From: Dehalococcoidales bacterium
Lineage (GTDB): Bacteria; Chloroflexota; Dehalococcoidia; Dehalococcoidales; DATKVW01
Reading direction: 5' to 3'
Length of the DNA stretch: 40,269 nt
Assembly: GCA_035529875.1 (NCBI GenBank)
Contig: DATKVW010000101.1
Coordinates: 1 to 40,269, forward strand
The stretch's first letter is position 1; the number at the start of each line of letters is the position of its first letter. This document shows positions 1 to 8,411 of the stretch, piece after piece. The notes beneath the pieces were generated by a model, which did not search any database, was not told where the DNA came from, and worked only from the letters and a program-made list of their open reading frames with translations. The position numbers were made by a program, and so were the translations under genes.

Positions 1-110
1 ACAAGATAAAAATCCACTTAGCTACAATGCCAATAATTTTCAACATTATCCTCAACAAATTTATACCCCGATTTTACACTGTTAAGGCTGAAAAGCATAG
101 TATTTTGTCT

Positions 111-310
111 ACCTACCCCCTTTATCCCCCTCTCCTAAACAGGAGAGGGGGAAGAGGTTTTTTAAGAGGGGTTTGCCCCTCTTAGACACCCTGCTAGTCT
201 AACCTCCTTCAAAGAAGAGAGGAGAGATTTTAGAGAGGGGCAAAGTCCCCTCTCATATCAACTCCCCCTTCCCTTGGTAAGGGAAGGGGGTCAGGGGGAT
301 AGGTCTAAAC
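111..310 (+). repeat. GC-rich modular hairpin repeat array, copy 1a (hairpins H1-H4 plus GGATAGGT tail)
   Basis: Perfect stems read directly: 126-135/142-151 CCCCCTCTCC/GGAGAGGGGG; 163-171/176-184 TAAGAGGGG/CCCCTCTTA; 233-240/247-254 GAGAGGGG/CCCCTCTC; 264-275/279-290 CCCCCTTCCCTT/AAGGGAAGGGGG. These are followed by TCAGGGGGATAGGTCTAAAC. The same modules recur at five other loci. Confidence 0.85.
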
Positions 311-353
311 GAACACCGAAGAGGGTGAGAAGTTGGTAAGCTCTTTTCTAGAA

Positions 354-447
354 GTAAATCCTAAACCTGAAGGTTTGGTTTTTTGGGTTTTGGTAATTAG
401 TGTTTTGAATTTGTTTAGGGCTTCGTGCTTGGAATTTTGGATTTTAC
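354..447 (+). mobile_element. AT-rich MITE-like module X, copy 1 (short form)
   Basis: The ends GTAAATCCTAAA ... TTTTGGATTTTAC are inverted repeats. The interior (TTTTGGTAATTAGTGTTTTGAATTTGTTTAGGGCTTCGTGCTTGGAATTT) is homologous to 34431-34540 and to the reverse complement of 8837-8947. Confidence 0.4.
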
Positions 448-450
448 TCA

Positions 451-502
451 CTCCCCTCTTCCCTTATTAGGAGAAGAGGGTTAAGGGGATAGGTTGTTAA
501 AC
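451..502 (+). repeat. Hairpin plus GGATAGGT tail module, copy 1b
   Basis: CCCTCTTC (454-461) pairs with GAAGAGGG (473-480). It is followed by TTAAGGGGATAGGTTGTTAAAC, a variant of the tail seen at 289-310. Confidence 0.7.
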
Positions 503-602
503 TATGATGAAATAAAGTTATAAAAAAGGGATAAAGTCCGTCTTAAACCTTTTTCTACCTTTCCTAACTCTTTTACCAAAAATACGCGACAAACCAACCC
601 TG

Positions 603-611
603 TGCTATAAT
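603..611 (+). promoter_or_regulatory. Extended -10 promoter candidate for dnaE
   Basis: TGcTATAAT (TG 603-604, TATAAT 606-611) lies about 30 nt upstream of the dnaE ATG. No good -35 is present. Confidence 0.3.
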
Positions 612-641
612 TGGGCAAAACTAATATTGGTTGAGAGTTCT

Positions 642-3600
642 ATGTTTTGTCACCTCCATGTCCATACCGAATACAGTCTGCTTGACGGCATGTGCCGCAT
701 CCCCCAGTTGATATCACATGCCAAAGAGCTGGGGATGGACAGCCTGGCAATAACCGACCACGGCGTTATGCACGGGGTCATCCAATTCTATGTGGCGGCC
801 AAAGAAGCAGGAATAAAGCCCATCATTGGCTGCGAGGTTTATGTTGCTCCCAACAGTCACCTCAATCATAATGTCGGTGATAGGAACAACTACCACCTCG
901 TTCTGCTGGCTAAAAACCTTACTGGCTACCAGAATCTAATTAAGCTTACCACCGAGGCACACCTTGAAGGTTTCTACTACAAGCCAAGGGTGGATAAGGA
1001 GCTCCTCAAGCAGCATCACGATGGTCTCATCGCCCTCTCTGCCTGCCTCAGTGGCGAAGTCCCCCGCCTCATCTCAGAAGGGCGTCTTCAGGAAGCAAAA
1101 GAGGCTGCCCAGTGGTATAAGCAAACCTTCGGCGATTTCTATCTGGAAATACAGAGGCATCCCATCCCTGAACTGGAACAGATAAACCAGGGACTCATCG
1201 CTATGAGCCAGGAGCTGGCTCTCCCCCTGGTAGCCACCAATGATGTTCACTATGTAAATAAGGAAGATGCCTCCGCCCACGACCTGCTACTGTGCATCGG
1301 CACCAACTCTTCCGTCCACGATGAAAAACGGATGAAGATGGCTGGCGATTTCTTCTACCTGAAAAGCCCCGAGGAGATGGCTGAGCAGTTTAAGGATATC
1401 CCTCAGGCACTGGAGAACACCGAGCGCATTGCGGAACAATGCAACCTTGAGCTTGAGTTTGGTCGCCTCTATCTCCCCGAGATAGAGTTACCCCAGGGGA
1501 AAACAGCTTTTGAGTTTCTGTCTGACCTCTGTTACCAGGGTTTACCCCAGCATTATCCTCAGCCGACTCCGGAGATTAAACAGAGGCTTGGGTATGAGCT
1601 GGAGGTAATAAAACAAACCGAATTTGCCAACTATTTTCTGGTTGTCTGGGATATTATCTCCTTCGCTCGCCAGAACCACATATTATTCGGGGTCAGAGGC
1701 AGTGCTGCTGCCAGCATTGTCCTGCACTGTCTTAATATCACCGATATTGACCCCGTTGCTCATAAGCTGGTCTTTGAACGCTTCCTCAATATAGCCCGCA
1801 AAGAAATGCCTGATATCGACCTGGATTTTGAGGATGACCGCCGTGACGAGGTCATTGCCTATGTATCCCAGAGATACGGAAAGGACCATGTTGCCCAGAT
1901 TATTACCTTCGGCACACTGGGAGCCAGGGCAGCTCTGCGGGATGTGGGGCGGGCGCTGGGTATGCCCTACAGCGAGGTCGACCGCGTTGCCAGGCTGGTG
2001 CCGATGGCATTAAATATGACCCTAGACCAGGCTTTGAGTGAAACCGAGGAGCTCAGAAATATCTACCACGAAGACCCCGTAGTCCGCAATCTGGTTGATT
2101 CCGCCAAGAAGGTAGAGGGTATCTCTCGCCATGCCAGCACCCATGCCGCCGGAGTTGTTATCTCTAAAGAGTCCCTGACCAAATATGTCCCACTACAACG
2201 GGTAAGCAAGGGTAATGGTCAGGGAACGCTGATGACCCAGTTCGCTATGGAAGATATCGCCCGAATTGGTCTGCTGAAGATGGACATCCTCGGGCTGGCT
2301 AACCTCACCATCCTGGGTAAAAGTAAAGAGATTATCCAGCAAAACCAGGGCGTTAATATTGACCTGCACCATATCCCGCTGGATGATGAAAAAACCTTTG
2401 CCCTGCTCTCCTCAGGGGAAACAGCCGGTGTGTTCCAGCTTGAAGGTGCCGGCATGCGCCGCCACATCAAGGAGCTTAAACCAACCAACTTCAGCGATAT
2501 TGCCGCTATGATTGCCCTGTATCGCCCCGGACCGATGGAGCATATTCCCACCTTTGTCAAAGCCAAGCACGGCGTTGAGCCTATCCACTACCCCCACCCG
2601 TCTCTAGCCAGCATCCTGGAGGAGACCTACGGGGTAATTGTGTATCAGGAACAGGTATTATTCATTGTCCAGACGCTCGCTGGCTACGATTTAGGGCAGG
2701 CGGATATTTTTCGCAAGGCAATGAGCAAAAAAATTGCCGAGGTCATGAAGAAGGAGAGACGCAGCTTTATTGCCGGGGCTAAAAAGAACGGGTTCTCTGC
2801 TGAGACAGCCGGTGAAGTCTTTACCCTTATTGAGCCCTTCGCCGGCTACGCTTTTAACAAAGCTCACAGCACCAGTTACGCCCTCATTGCCTACCAAACC
2901 GCTTATCTTAAGGCAAACTATCCAGCCGAATATATTACCGCTTTTCTGGCTGTCCACACCGACCAGCCGGAGAAGATAGCTAATGCTGTTGGTGAATGCC
3001 GCCGTCTGGGTATTCCAGTGCTCCCACCGGATATAAATAAAAGTCAAACCAATTTTTCTATAGAAAAAGATAGCGGCATTACCCCGGCTATCCGTTTCGG
3101 GCTAAGTGCTATCAAGAATGTCGGGCACGGTGCTATAGCACCCATCATTGCGGAAAGAAATAAAGGGGGCGAATTCAAATCTATTGAAGATTTATGCCGA
3201 CGCTGCGACCTGCGCGGAGTGAACAAGCGAGTGATGGAATCCCTGATTAAGGCTGGAGCTTTTGACTCGCTGGGCAGCCGTGGCAGCTTGCTGCAAAACG
3301 TCAACCGCATCTTGTCTCTGTCACAGCGAGAGCAGCACCTCAGAGAAACCGGGCAAACTACCATGTTTGACCTGTGGGGAGAATCAATTCCGGTGCCTGC
3401 GGCCAGCCTTGACCTGCCAGATGCCGACATTCCCATCAAGGAGAAGCTAACCTGGGAGAGAGAGCTGACGGGGGTATACCTCTCGGAAAACCCGCTTGGC
3501 TCTTTTACTGGCAGGATGCCTTCCGAGATTACTGCTCTGTGCGGTCAAATTGATGCCGAGCTAGCCGGGCAAAATGTGATTGTTGCCGGGATGGTTGCCT

Positions 3601-4154
3601 CTGTTTATCACCTGTTCACCCGGGACCGACAGTCCTTTGTTCGCGCCGTCCTGGAAGACCTTGATGGCAGAATTGAGGTTATGGTCTGGCCCAGGGTCTA
3701 CACCAACACCAGAGATTTGTGGGAAGAAGGGAACATCCTATTGGTCGAAGGTAAGGTAAGATTACGGGATGACCAGGTGCAGCTAAATTGTGATAATGTG
3801 CGCCGCTACCAGCCTGAGAAAACCCTGGAAGCAGAGGCTACTGCTCCCGAGTCCACTGAGGCACAAGCAGTAGCCGAAGAAACCACCAGCTCGCCACCAG
3901 TCGAAAGTCACCGGGTAGTAATAAGCATCGCCCAGAGCAGTGACCATGATAGTGATATAGCCCGTCTACATAAGCTAATTGATACTCTTAAAGACTTCCC
4001 CGGACAGGATGAGGTAAACCTGCGGGTAATCAACGGAGAAAAAATTATCAAGCTCAAGCTGTCAGAATTAAATACCCATTATTGTCCTGAGCTCCATCAA
4101 CGGCTGGTAGAGTTAGTGGGAGAGGAGGGGATAAGGTTAGAGCCGGCTTCCTGA
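642..4154 (+). CDS. dnaE: DNA polymerase III alpha subunit (DnaE)
   Basis: PHP-domain N-terminus MFCHLHVHTEYSLLDG, a length of about 1170 aa and a C-terminal OB-fold region. The ATG at 642 is preferred over the upstream TTG at 627 because DnaE normally starts just before the HxH motif. Confidence 0.95.
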   Translation: MFCHLHVHTEYSLLDGMCRIPQLISHAKELGMDSLAITDHGVMHGVIQFYVAAKEAGIKPIIGCEVYVAPNSHLNHNVGDRNNYHLVLLAKNLTGYQNLIKLTTEAHLEGFYYKPRVDKELLKQHHDGLIALSACLSGEVPRLISEGRLQEAKEAAQWYKQTFGDFYLEIQRHPIPELEQINQGLIAMSQELALPLVATNDVHYVNKEDASAHDLLLCIGTNSSVHDEKRMKMAGDFFYLKSPEEMAEQFKDIPQALENTERIAEQCNLELEFGRLYLPEIELPQGKTAFEFLSDLCYQGLPQHYPQPTPEIKQRLGYELEVIKQTEFANYFLVVWDIISFARQNHILFGVRGSAAASIVLHCLNITDIDPVAHKLVFERFLNIARKEMPDIDLDFEDDRRDEVIAYVSQRYGKDHVAQIITFGTLGARAALRDVGRALGMPYSEVDRVARLVPMALNMTLDQALSETEELRNIYHEDPVVRNLVDSAKKVEGISRHASTHAAGVVISKESLTKYVPLQRVSKGNGQGTLMTQFAMEDIARIGLLKMDILGLANLTILGKSKEIIQQNQGVNIDLHHIPLDDEKTFALLSSGETAGVFQLEGAGMRRHIKELKPTNFSDIAAMIALYRPGPMEHIPTFVKAKHGVEPIHYPHPSLASILEETYGVIVYQEQVLFIVQTLAGYDLGQADIFRKAMSKKIAEVMKKERRSFIAGAKKNGFSAETAGEVFTLIEPFAGYAFNKAHSTSYALIAYQTAYLKANYPAEYITAFLAVHTDQPEKIANAVGECRRLGIPVLPPDINKSQTNFSIEKDSGITPAIRFGLSAIKNVGHGAIAPIIAERNKGGEFKSIEDLCRRCDLRGVNKRVMESLIKAGAFDSLGSRGSLLQNVNRILSLSQREQHLRETGQTTMFDLWGESIPVPAASLDLPDADIPIKEKLTWERELTGVYLSENPLGSFTGRMPSEITALCGQIDAELAGQNVIVAGMVASVYHLFTRDRQSFVRAVLEDLDGRIEVMVWPRVYTNTRDLWEEGNILLVEGKVRLRDDQVQLNCDNVRRYQPEKTLEAEATAPESTEAQAVAEETTSSPPVESHRVVISIAQSSDHDSDIARLHKLIDTLKDFPGQDEVNLRVINGEKIIKLKLSELNTHYCPELHQRLVELVGEEGIRLEPAS

Positions 4155-4267
4155 ATCACTCATACTACTTGCGCCCTTACACTCTGTCCCAAAAATCATA
4201 ACTAGCCTGCTCTTCCCCATTAAGCCATACTAACCCAACCTAGTGGAGTTAATAGATTATGTTCCAA

Positions 4268-4423
4268 CCTCACCCCCTTTATCCCCCTCCCTTTGAAAGG
4301 GAGGGGGAATCGTCTTAAAAGAGAGGCTGGCGCCCCTCTTAGACACCCCTGCTTAAATAAGCCCCTACCCCCTTCCCTTGTTAATTTGTTAAGGGAAGGG
4401 GGTCAGGGGGATAGGTTACCAGG
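4268..4423 (+). repeat. GC-rich modular hairpin repeat, copy 2 (H1, H2, H4 plus tail; no H3, no X)
   Basis: Stems 4283-4291/4299-4307 CCCCCTCCC/GGGAGGGGG and 4368-4379/4391-4402 CCCCCTTCCCTT/AAGGGAAGGGGG. These are followed by TCAGGGGGATAGGTTACC. Confidence 0.85.
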
Positions 4424-4553
4424 TAATCTCTTGAGAGAATTGACTTAAAGTAAGGTATCTATGGCGAGCTATGAGTATAGCCTTGCGCATCCCCATAATA
4501 ATTCTAGAAAATCTTACCCTATTAGTGCTAGAATGGGTGAACAGGAAACCAAA

Positions 4554-5333
4554 ATGCCTCCAAATGATAGCTTATATGGGCACCGGAAAAGGTTACGAGA
4601 AAAGTTCGTTAAGTCAGGGCTTAAGGGCTTCCACGATTACGAAATTATTGAATTACTGCTAACCCTGGGCACGCCGCGTAAGGACTGTAAACAGCAGGCA
4701 AGGGAAGCCATTAAGCGGTTCAAAACCCTGAGGGGAGTCCTGGAGGCTACCCCCGAAGAACTACGACAGATAGACGGCGTTGGTTCCCACTCCGTCTTTG
4801 GCATCAAGCTGGTGCAGGAAGTAGCCAGGGAGTTTCTTAAGGAAAGAATTATTAATAAGCCTATTTATAAATCCTCCCAAGAAATTTTTGACTATCTCTA
4901 CCACTCAATGCGCGACCTCAAGAAAGAGGTATTCAAGGTCATTTATTTAAATAGCCAGAATCAGATTATTGAAATAGACGACCTTTTCGCCGGTACCATA
5001 AATAGTGGTGTTATCCCTCCCCGTGAGGTTATAGAAGGTGCTATTAAACATAATGCTACCTCCCTGATTTTCGTCCATAACCATCCGTCAGGCAATCCCC
5101 AATCCAGCGAAAATGATAGAGAGCTAACCAGAGACCTGGTTTACGCCGCCAGCATTATGCGGATTAAGGTCTTAGACCATATTATCATCGGCAATAACAC
5201 TTACTTCAGTTTTGCTGGCGAAGGACTGATTGATGAATACGAGCTGGATTTTATAAATCTGAAAGCCAAAGGAGTCCGCGAAGCTAAACGGAAACTCTAT
5301 AGAGCTAAATTATCCAGCCTCAAACCCTACTAG
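4554..5333 (+). CDS. radC: RadC-like JAB-domain protein, paralog 1
   Basis: HhH region IIELLLTLGTPRKD and JAB motif HNHPSGNPQSSEND...LTRDL. The start is set at the ATG at 4554 (MPPNDSL) because paralog 2 begins with the homologous MPPNSLL; the ORF track starts 93 nt earlier. Confidence 0.85.
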   Translation: MPPNDSLYGHRKRLREKFVKSGLKGFHDYEIIELLLTLGTPRKDCKQQAREAIKRFKTLRGVLEATPEELRQIDGVGSHSVFGIKLVQEVAREFLKERIINKPIYKSSQEIFDYLYHSMRDLKKEVFKVIYLNSQNQIIEIDDLFAGTINSGVIPPREVIEGAIKHNATSLIFVHNHPSGNPQSSENDRELTRDLVYAASIMRIKVLDHIIIGNNTYFSFAGEGLIDEYELDFINLKAKGVREAKRKLYRAKLSSLKPY

Positions 5334-5459
5334 CCACTACAGCCCCCACGCCGCAGTCTGTCACCCTATCAACTATCCGTGCTTTCACCCAAACATATAG
5401 ACATATCGGGACAATTAACCAAGTTTTCAGAGAGTTATTATTACCAATTGGCACTATAT

Positions 5460-5491
5460 TTGTGAACAAGTATTGACAAATGTATTATAAT
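5460..5491 (+). promoter_or_regulatory. Promoter-like AT-rich region upstream of the second radC paralog
   Basis: TTGTGA (5460-5465), 17-nt spacer, TATTAT (5483-5488), overlapping TATAAT (5486-5491). A TTGACA lies at 5473-5478. The register is ambiguous. Confidence 0.3.
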
Positions 5492-5630
5492 ATATTCCAT
5501 ATAAAGACTATTGTCCGCCAAATAGTACCATTGCCGATTTTCACCAGAGTACTACTCTGCAAAAGGCAGTAGCAGAATATAAGATATGATTTGAGACACT
5601 TTCCTGGGAGACAGAAAGGAAGCAATACAA

Positions 5631-6428
5631 TTGCCCCCGAACAGTTTATTGTCAAGTCTGAAAACAGGAAAATCCTTGACCGCGCTACAGGAAAGGTTTA
5701 TCAAGGTCGGCCTTGAGGATTTCAACGACCAGGAAATAATTGAATTACTGTTAAGCCTGACCTTGCCCCAGCAGCAATGTCAGCAGCAGGCAAAACAGTG
5801 CGTTGAACACTTCAAAAATCTCAGGGGATTCCTGGCGGCTTCTCATGAGACACTAGAGCGGGCGGGGATTACTCCCCATTGTATGCTTTGTATTAAGCTG
5901 TTACACGAATTGCCTGCACAGATTCTGAAGCAGAAGATTACGGAACAGCCTGTTCATTGCTCATCTAAAGAGCTTGTTGACTATCTCCTTTACTCAATGC
6001 GAGACCTCAAAAAAGAGGTATTCAAGGTTACCTATTTAAATAACCGAAACCAGATTATTGATACCGCTGACCTGTTTGAAGGAACTCTGAACAGTATCCC
6101 CATCCGTCCCCGTGAGATTGTAGAAAGTGCTATTGAGCATAACGCTATCGGTTTGATTTTTGCCCACAACCACCCTGCCGGCGACCCTACACCTTCCAAG
6201 AGTGATAAGCAGCTAACCAGAGACCTGGTTTTTATGGGCATGATTCTGCAAATTAAGGTGCTAGACCACATCGTAATTGGCAAAAACATATACTTTAGTT
6301 TCGCTGATGAAGGGCTGATTGAAAAATACGAGGATAATTTCCTTAACCTGAGAATAAGAAGCCTGTTTGAAAGTGAAGAGGGTTACTCCACAAATTCACA
6401 TCAAGTTTCTAGCCGGTATTACCACTGA
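5631..6428 (+). CDS. radC: RadC-like JAB-domain protein, paralog 2
   Basis: TTG start preceded by AAAGGAAG. HhH region IIELLLSLTLPQQQ and JAB motif HNHPAGDPTPSKSD...LTRDL. Confidence 0.85.
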   Translation: MPPNSLLSSLKTGKSLTALQERFIKVGLEDFNDQEIIELLLSLTLPQQQCQQQAKQCVEHFKNLRGFLAASHETLERAGITPHCMLCIKLLHELPAQILKQKITEQPVHCSSKELVDYLLYSMRDLKKEVFKVTYLNNRNQIIDTADLFEGTLNSIPIRPREIVESAIEHNAIGLIFAHNHPAGDPTPSKSDKQLTRDLVFMGMILQIKVLDHIVIGKNIYFSFADEGLIEKYEDNFLNLRIRSLFESEEGYSTNSHQVSSRYYH

Positions 6429-6474
6429 TAACCTGCCTATCAGGTCAACTCTTGCCTTATCTTAATTGTACCGC

Positions 6475-6972
6475 TTAAGTCTCCAGACGAAGAAGAAGCC
6501 TCTTCATCTCCAACCCTTCACTGAAACCGCCGAGCTTACCATCGCTGGTAATCACCCGATGACAGGGTATGATGATAGGCAGCGGGTTTTTCCCCAGAGC
6601 CTGCCCCACCGCCCGCACTGCTTTCGGTTTCCCCATCTGCTCCGCCACCCAGGCGTAACTTCTGGTCTCGCCATAAGGGATAAGCCTGGTTGCCTCCCAT
6701 ACTTCACACTGAAAGGGAGTAGCTATGGACAGGTCAAGCTCATCAGGGAAGGCTACCCGGTGACCGCTGAAGTAAATCTTAAGGCGCTCTACTAAATCCT
6801 CAAACCGGTGTGGCGACCAAATAGCCTGGTTTACGTTATCACCTAATTGGTGGCGAGCTTCTTGAGCAGAGCGCTGGGGTAAGGTGGTACATAACAGTCC
6901 TTTTGCCGAGCCTAATATTCCCAGCCAACCGACATTAGTGTTGAAAGTGATGTATCTCAGCTCCCCAGTCAT
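6475..6972 (-). CDS. ogt: Methylated-DNA--protein-cysteine methyltransferase
   Basis: Active-site IIIPCHRVI motif and the helix-turn-wing region YGETRSYAWVAEQMG; 165 aa. Confidence 0.9.
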   Translation of the reverse strand: MTGELRYITFNTNVGWLGILGSAKGLLCTTLPQRSAQEARHQLGDNVNQAIWSPHRFEDLVERLKIYFSGHRVAFPDELDLSIATPFQCEVWEATRLIPYGETRSYAWVAEQMGKPKAVRAVGQALGKNPLPIIIPCHRVITSDGKLGGFSEGLEMKRLLLRLET

Positions 6973-6996
6973 TTACTATCTTGAGAATAAACCAGC

Positions 6997-7542
6997 TTAC
7001 CCTAGCTCAGGTTCAATCAGACCGTAGTTACCGTCTTTCCGCCGATACAACAGGTTGAGTTCTTCATTATCGGCATTAAAGAAAAGGAAGAAATCGTGAC
7101 CCAGAAGCTCCATTTGACCAATAGCTTCATCTACAGACATTGGCTTTACGGCAAACCGCTTAACCTTGACCACCTTACCAAGAGGCTGCTCCCCGGCTAC
7201 TTCTTCACTAAATCCGCTCCTGGCCAGTGAGCTACCTCTCCCTTTCTCATACAGCTTCCCTTTGTAGTGTTCAATTTGCCGCTCCATAACCTCAGCTACC
7301 CTATCAATAGCGGTGAACAGGTCCTCTCCCCTACCCTCACCTCTGAGTAAAATGCCACTGCTATCTACGGTCACCTGCACCACAAAGTGTTGCTGAGGAG
7401 ATTTCGTCTTTTCTTTAGAAATTTCTACCTTGGATTCAGTAATATTGGGTAGATGACGACCAAGTTTGCCCAGTTTGCGTTCAATGTAGCGGCGCACCGC
7501 CGGTAATAACTCCACATTCTTACCAGTTATCTGCAACTCCAT
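6997..7542 (-). CDS. hpf: Ribosome hibernation promoting factor, long form
   Basis: N-terminus MELQITGKNVELLPAVRRYIERKL plus the C-terminal dimerisation domain VKRFAVKPMSVDEAIGQMELLGHDFFLFFN. Confidence 0.9.
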   Translation of the reverse strand: MELQITGKNVELLPAVRRYIERKLGKLGRHLPNITESKVEISKEKTKSPQQHFVVQVTVDSSGILLRGEGRGEDLFTAIDRVAEVMERQIEHYKGKLYEKGRGSSLARSGFSEEVAGEQPLGKVVKVKRFAVKPMSVDEAIGQMELLGHDFFLFFNADNEELNLLYRRKDGNYGLIEPELG

Positions 7543-7570
7543 TGTTCACACCCCCGATAATACTATCTAC

Positions 7571-7665
7571 CTTACCCCCTTAATCCCCCTCTCCTTTAGC
7601 ACCCTTATCCTCCAAAGGGCGGAAGGTTTTTAACAAAAGGGGCTAATGCCCCTCTTAAGCCCCCC
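7571..7665 (+). repeat. GC-rich modular hairpin repeat, copy 3 (degenerate H1 plus H2)
   Basis: CTTACCCCCTTAATCCCCCTCTCC matches the H1 left arm, but the right arm is decayed. AAAAGGGGCTAATGCCCCTCTTAAG matches H2. The copy ends exactly at the comF stop codon. Confidence 0.65.
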
Positions 7666-8376
7666 TTAAATCTCTCTAGCCAGCGCTAATCCCCAGACTG
7701 CGGTAGCACCAGCCGCCTTTAGCCCTGTAGCACAGGCATCAAGAGTAGCCCCAGAGGTAGAAACATCGTCTATAAGCAATACCTGTTTATTCCGTAGCCT
7801 CGAGTCACGGCAGGTAAAAGCGTCGGCTACATTGCTCTGCCGTTCCATTACCGTCGCTGTCCTCACCTGAGGTGGAGTATGGCGCAGTCGAACCAGACAG
7901 TTATCAACTACCGGCAATTTGACGAGCTTCCCCAGTTCCTTAGCTAATAAAACGGATTGATTATAACCCCGCTCCCTTAACCTTTTTTGATGCAAGGGCA
8001 CCGGCACCAGAACCTCCACGGGCACAGGGTAAGTGAGGAGATAGTCCTGTAGTAACTTAGCCAGGGATTGAGCTAGGGCTCTAATATTACCGTACTTCAG
8101 CTGATAAACAGCTCGCTTTATTACTCCATCAAATTGAAACGGAGAGCGAATGCCAGCTATTTCTGCCTGCCAGCTGACACAGTGAGGGCAAAGTATGCCA
8201 CCAGGTTGAGGTCGGCCACATCGGGGACAAACTGGAGGCACAATTCGCAGAAGTGATTGACGACAGGAGTAGCAAATGAAGTCACCTTCCCTACCACAGC
8301 CAACACACCATCGTGGAAACAAAAAATCAAGCACTATCCCCCTAAGTTTGGCAACTTGAGGAAGCACACTTACCAC
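7666..8376 (-). CDS. comF: ComF-family phosphoribosyltransferase-like protein
   Basis: N-terminal Cys clusters (CVGCG...CYSC...CPRCG...CPHC) and the PRTase motif VLLIDDVSTSGATL. Confidence 0.85.
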   Translation of the reverse strand: MVSVLPQVAKLRGIVLDFLFPRWCVGCGREGDFICYSCRQSLLRIVPPVCPRCGRPQPGGILCPHCVSWQAEIAGIRSPFQFDGVIKRAVYQLKYGNIRALAQSLAKLLQDYLLTYPVPVEVLVPVPLHQKRLRERGYNQSVLLAKELGKLVKLPVVDNCLVRLRHTPPQVRTATVMERQSNVADAFTCRDSRLRNKQVLLIDDVSTSGATLDACATGLKAAGATAVWGLALAREI

Positions 8377-8411
8377 CTAACCTAGCGTTTAAAGATAAAC
8401 TGCTGAATGTT

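Noticed and set aside
1-46. Possible 5' end of a minus-strand gene (MLKIIGIVAKWIFIL..., ATG at 44-46, GAGGA upstream) running off the left edge.
   Set aside because: Only 15 codons are visible, so it cannot be distinguished from chance.
714-3450. Numerous 60-130-aa ORFs inside or antisense to dnaE in the ORF track. Similar ORFs lie inside clpB (34847-36824), dnaJ (37905-38456), CoADR (31606-32395), fusA, secY, adk and the ribosomal genes.
   Set aside because: All lie within, and mostly antisense to, long ORFs with unmistakable conserved protein motifs. They have no SD sequences or recognisable motifs, so they are shadow ORFs.
5545-5559. A perfect 15-nt palindrome, CAGAGTACTACTCTG, considered as a stand-alone operator.
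   Set aside because: A 7+7 palindrome is expected by chance about once or twice in 40 kb on two strands. It is noted only as context in the radC spacer finding.
6466-6795. A 109-aa plus-strand ORF.
   Set aside because: It is antisense to ogt, which carries the diagnostic PCHR active site, so it is a shadow ORF.
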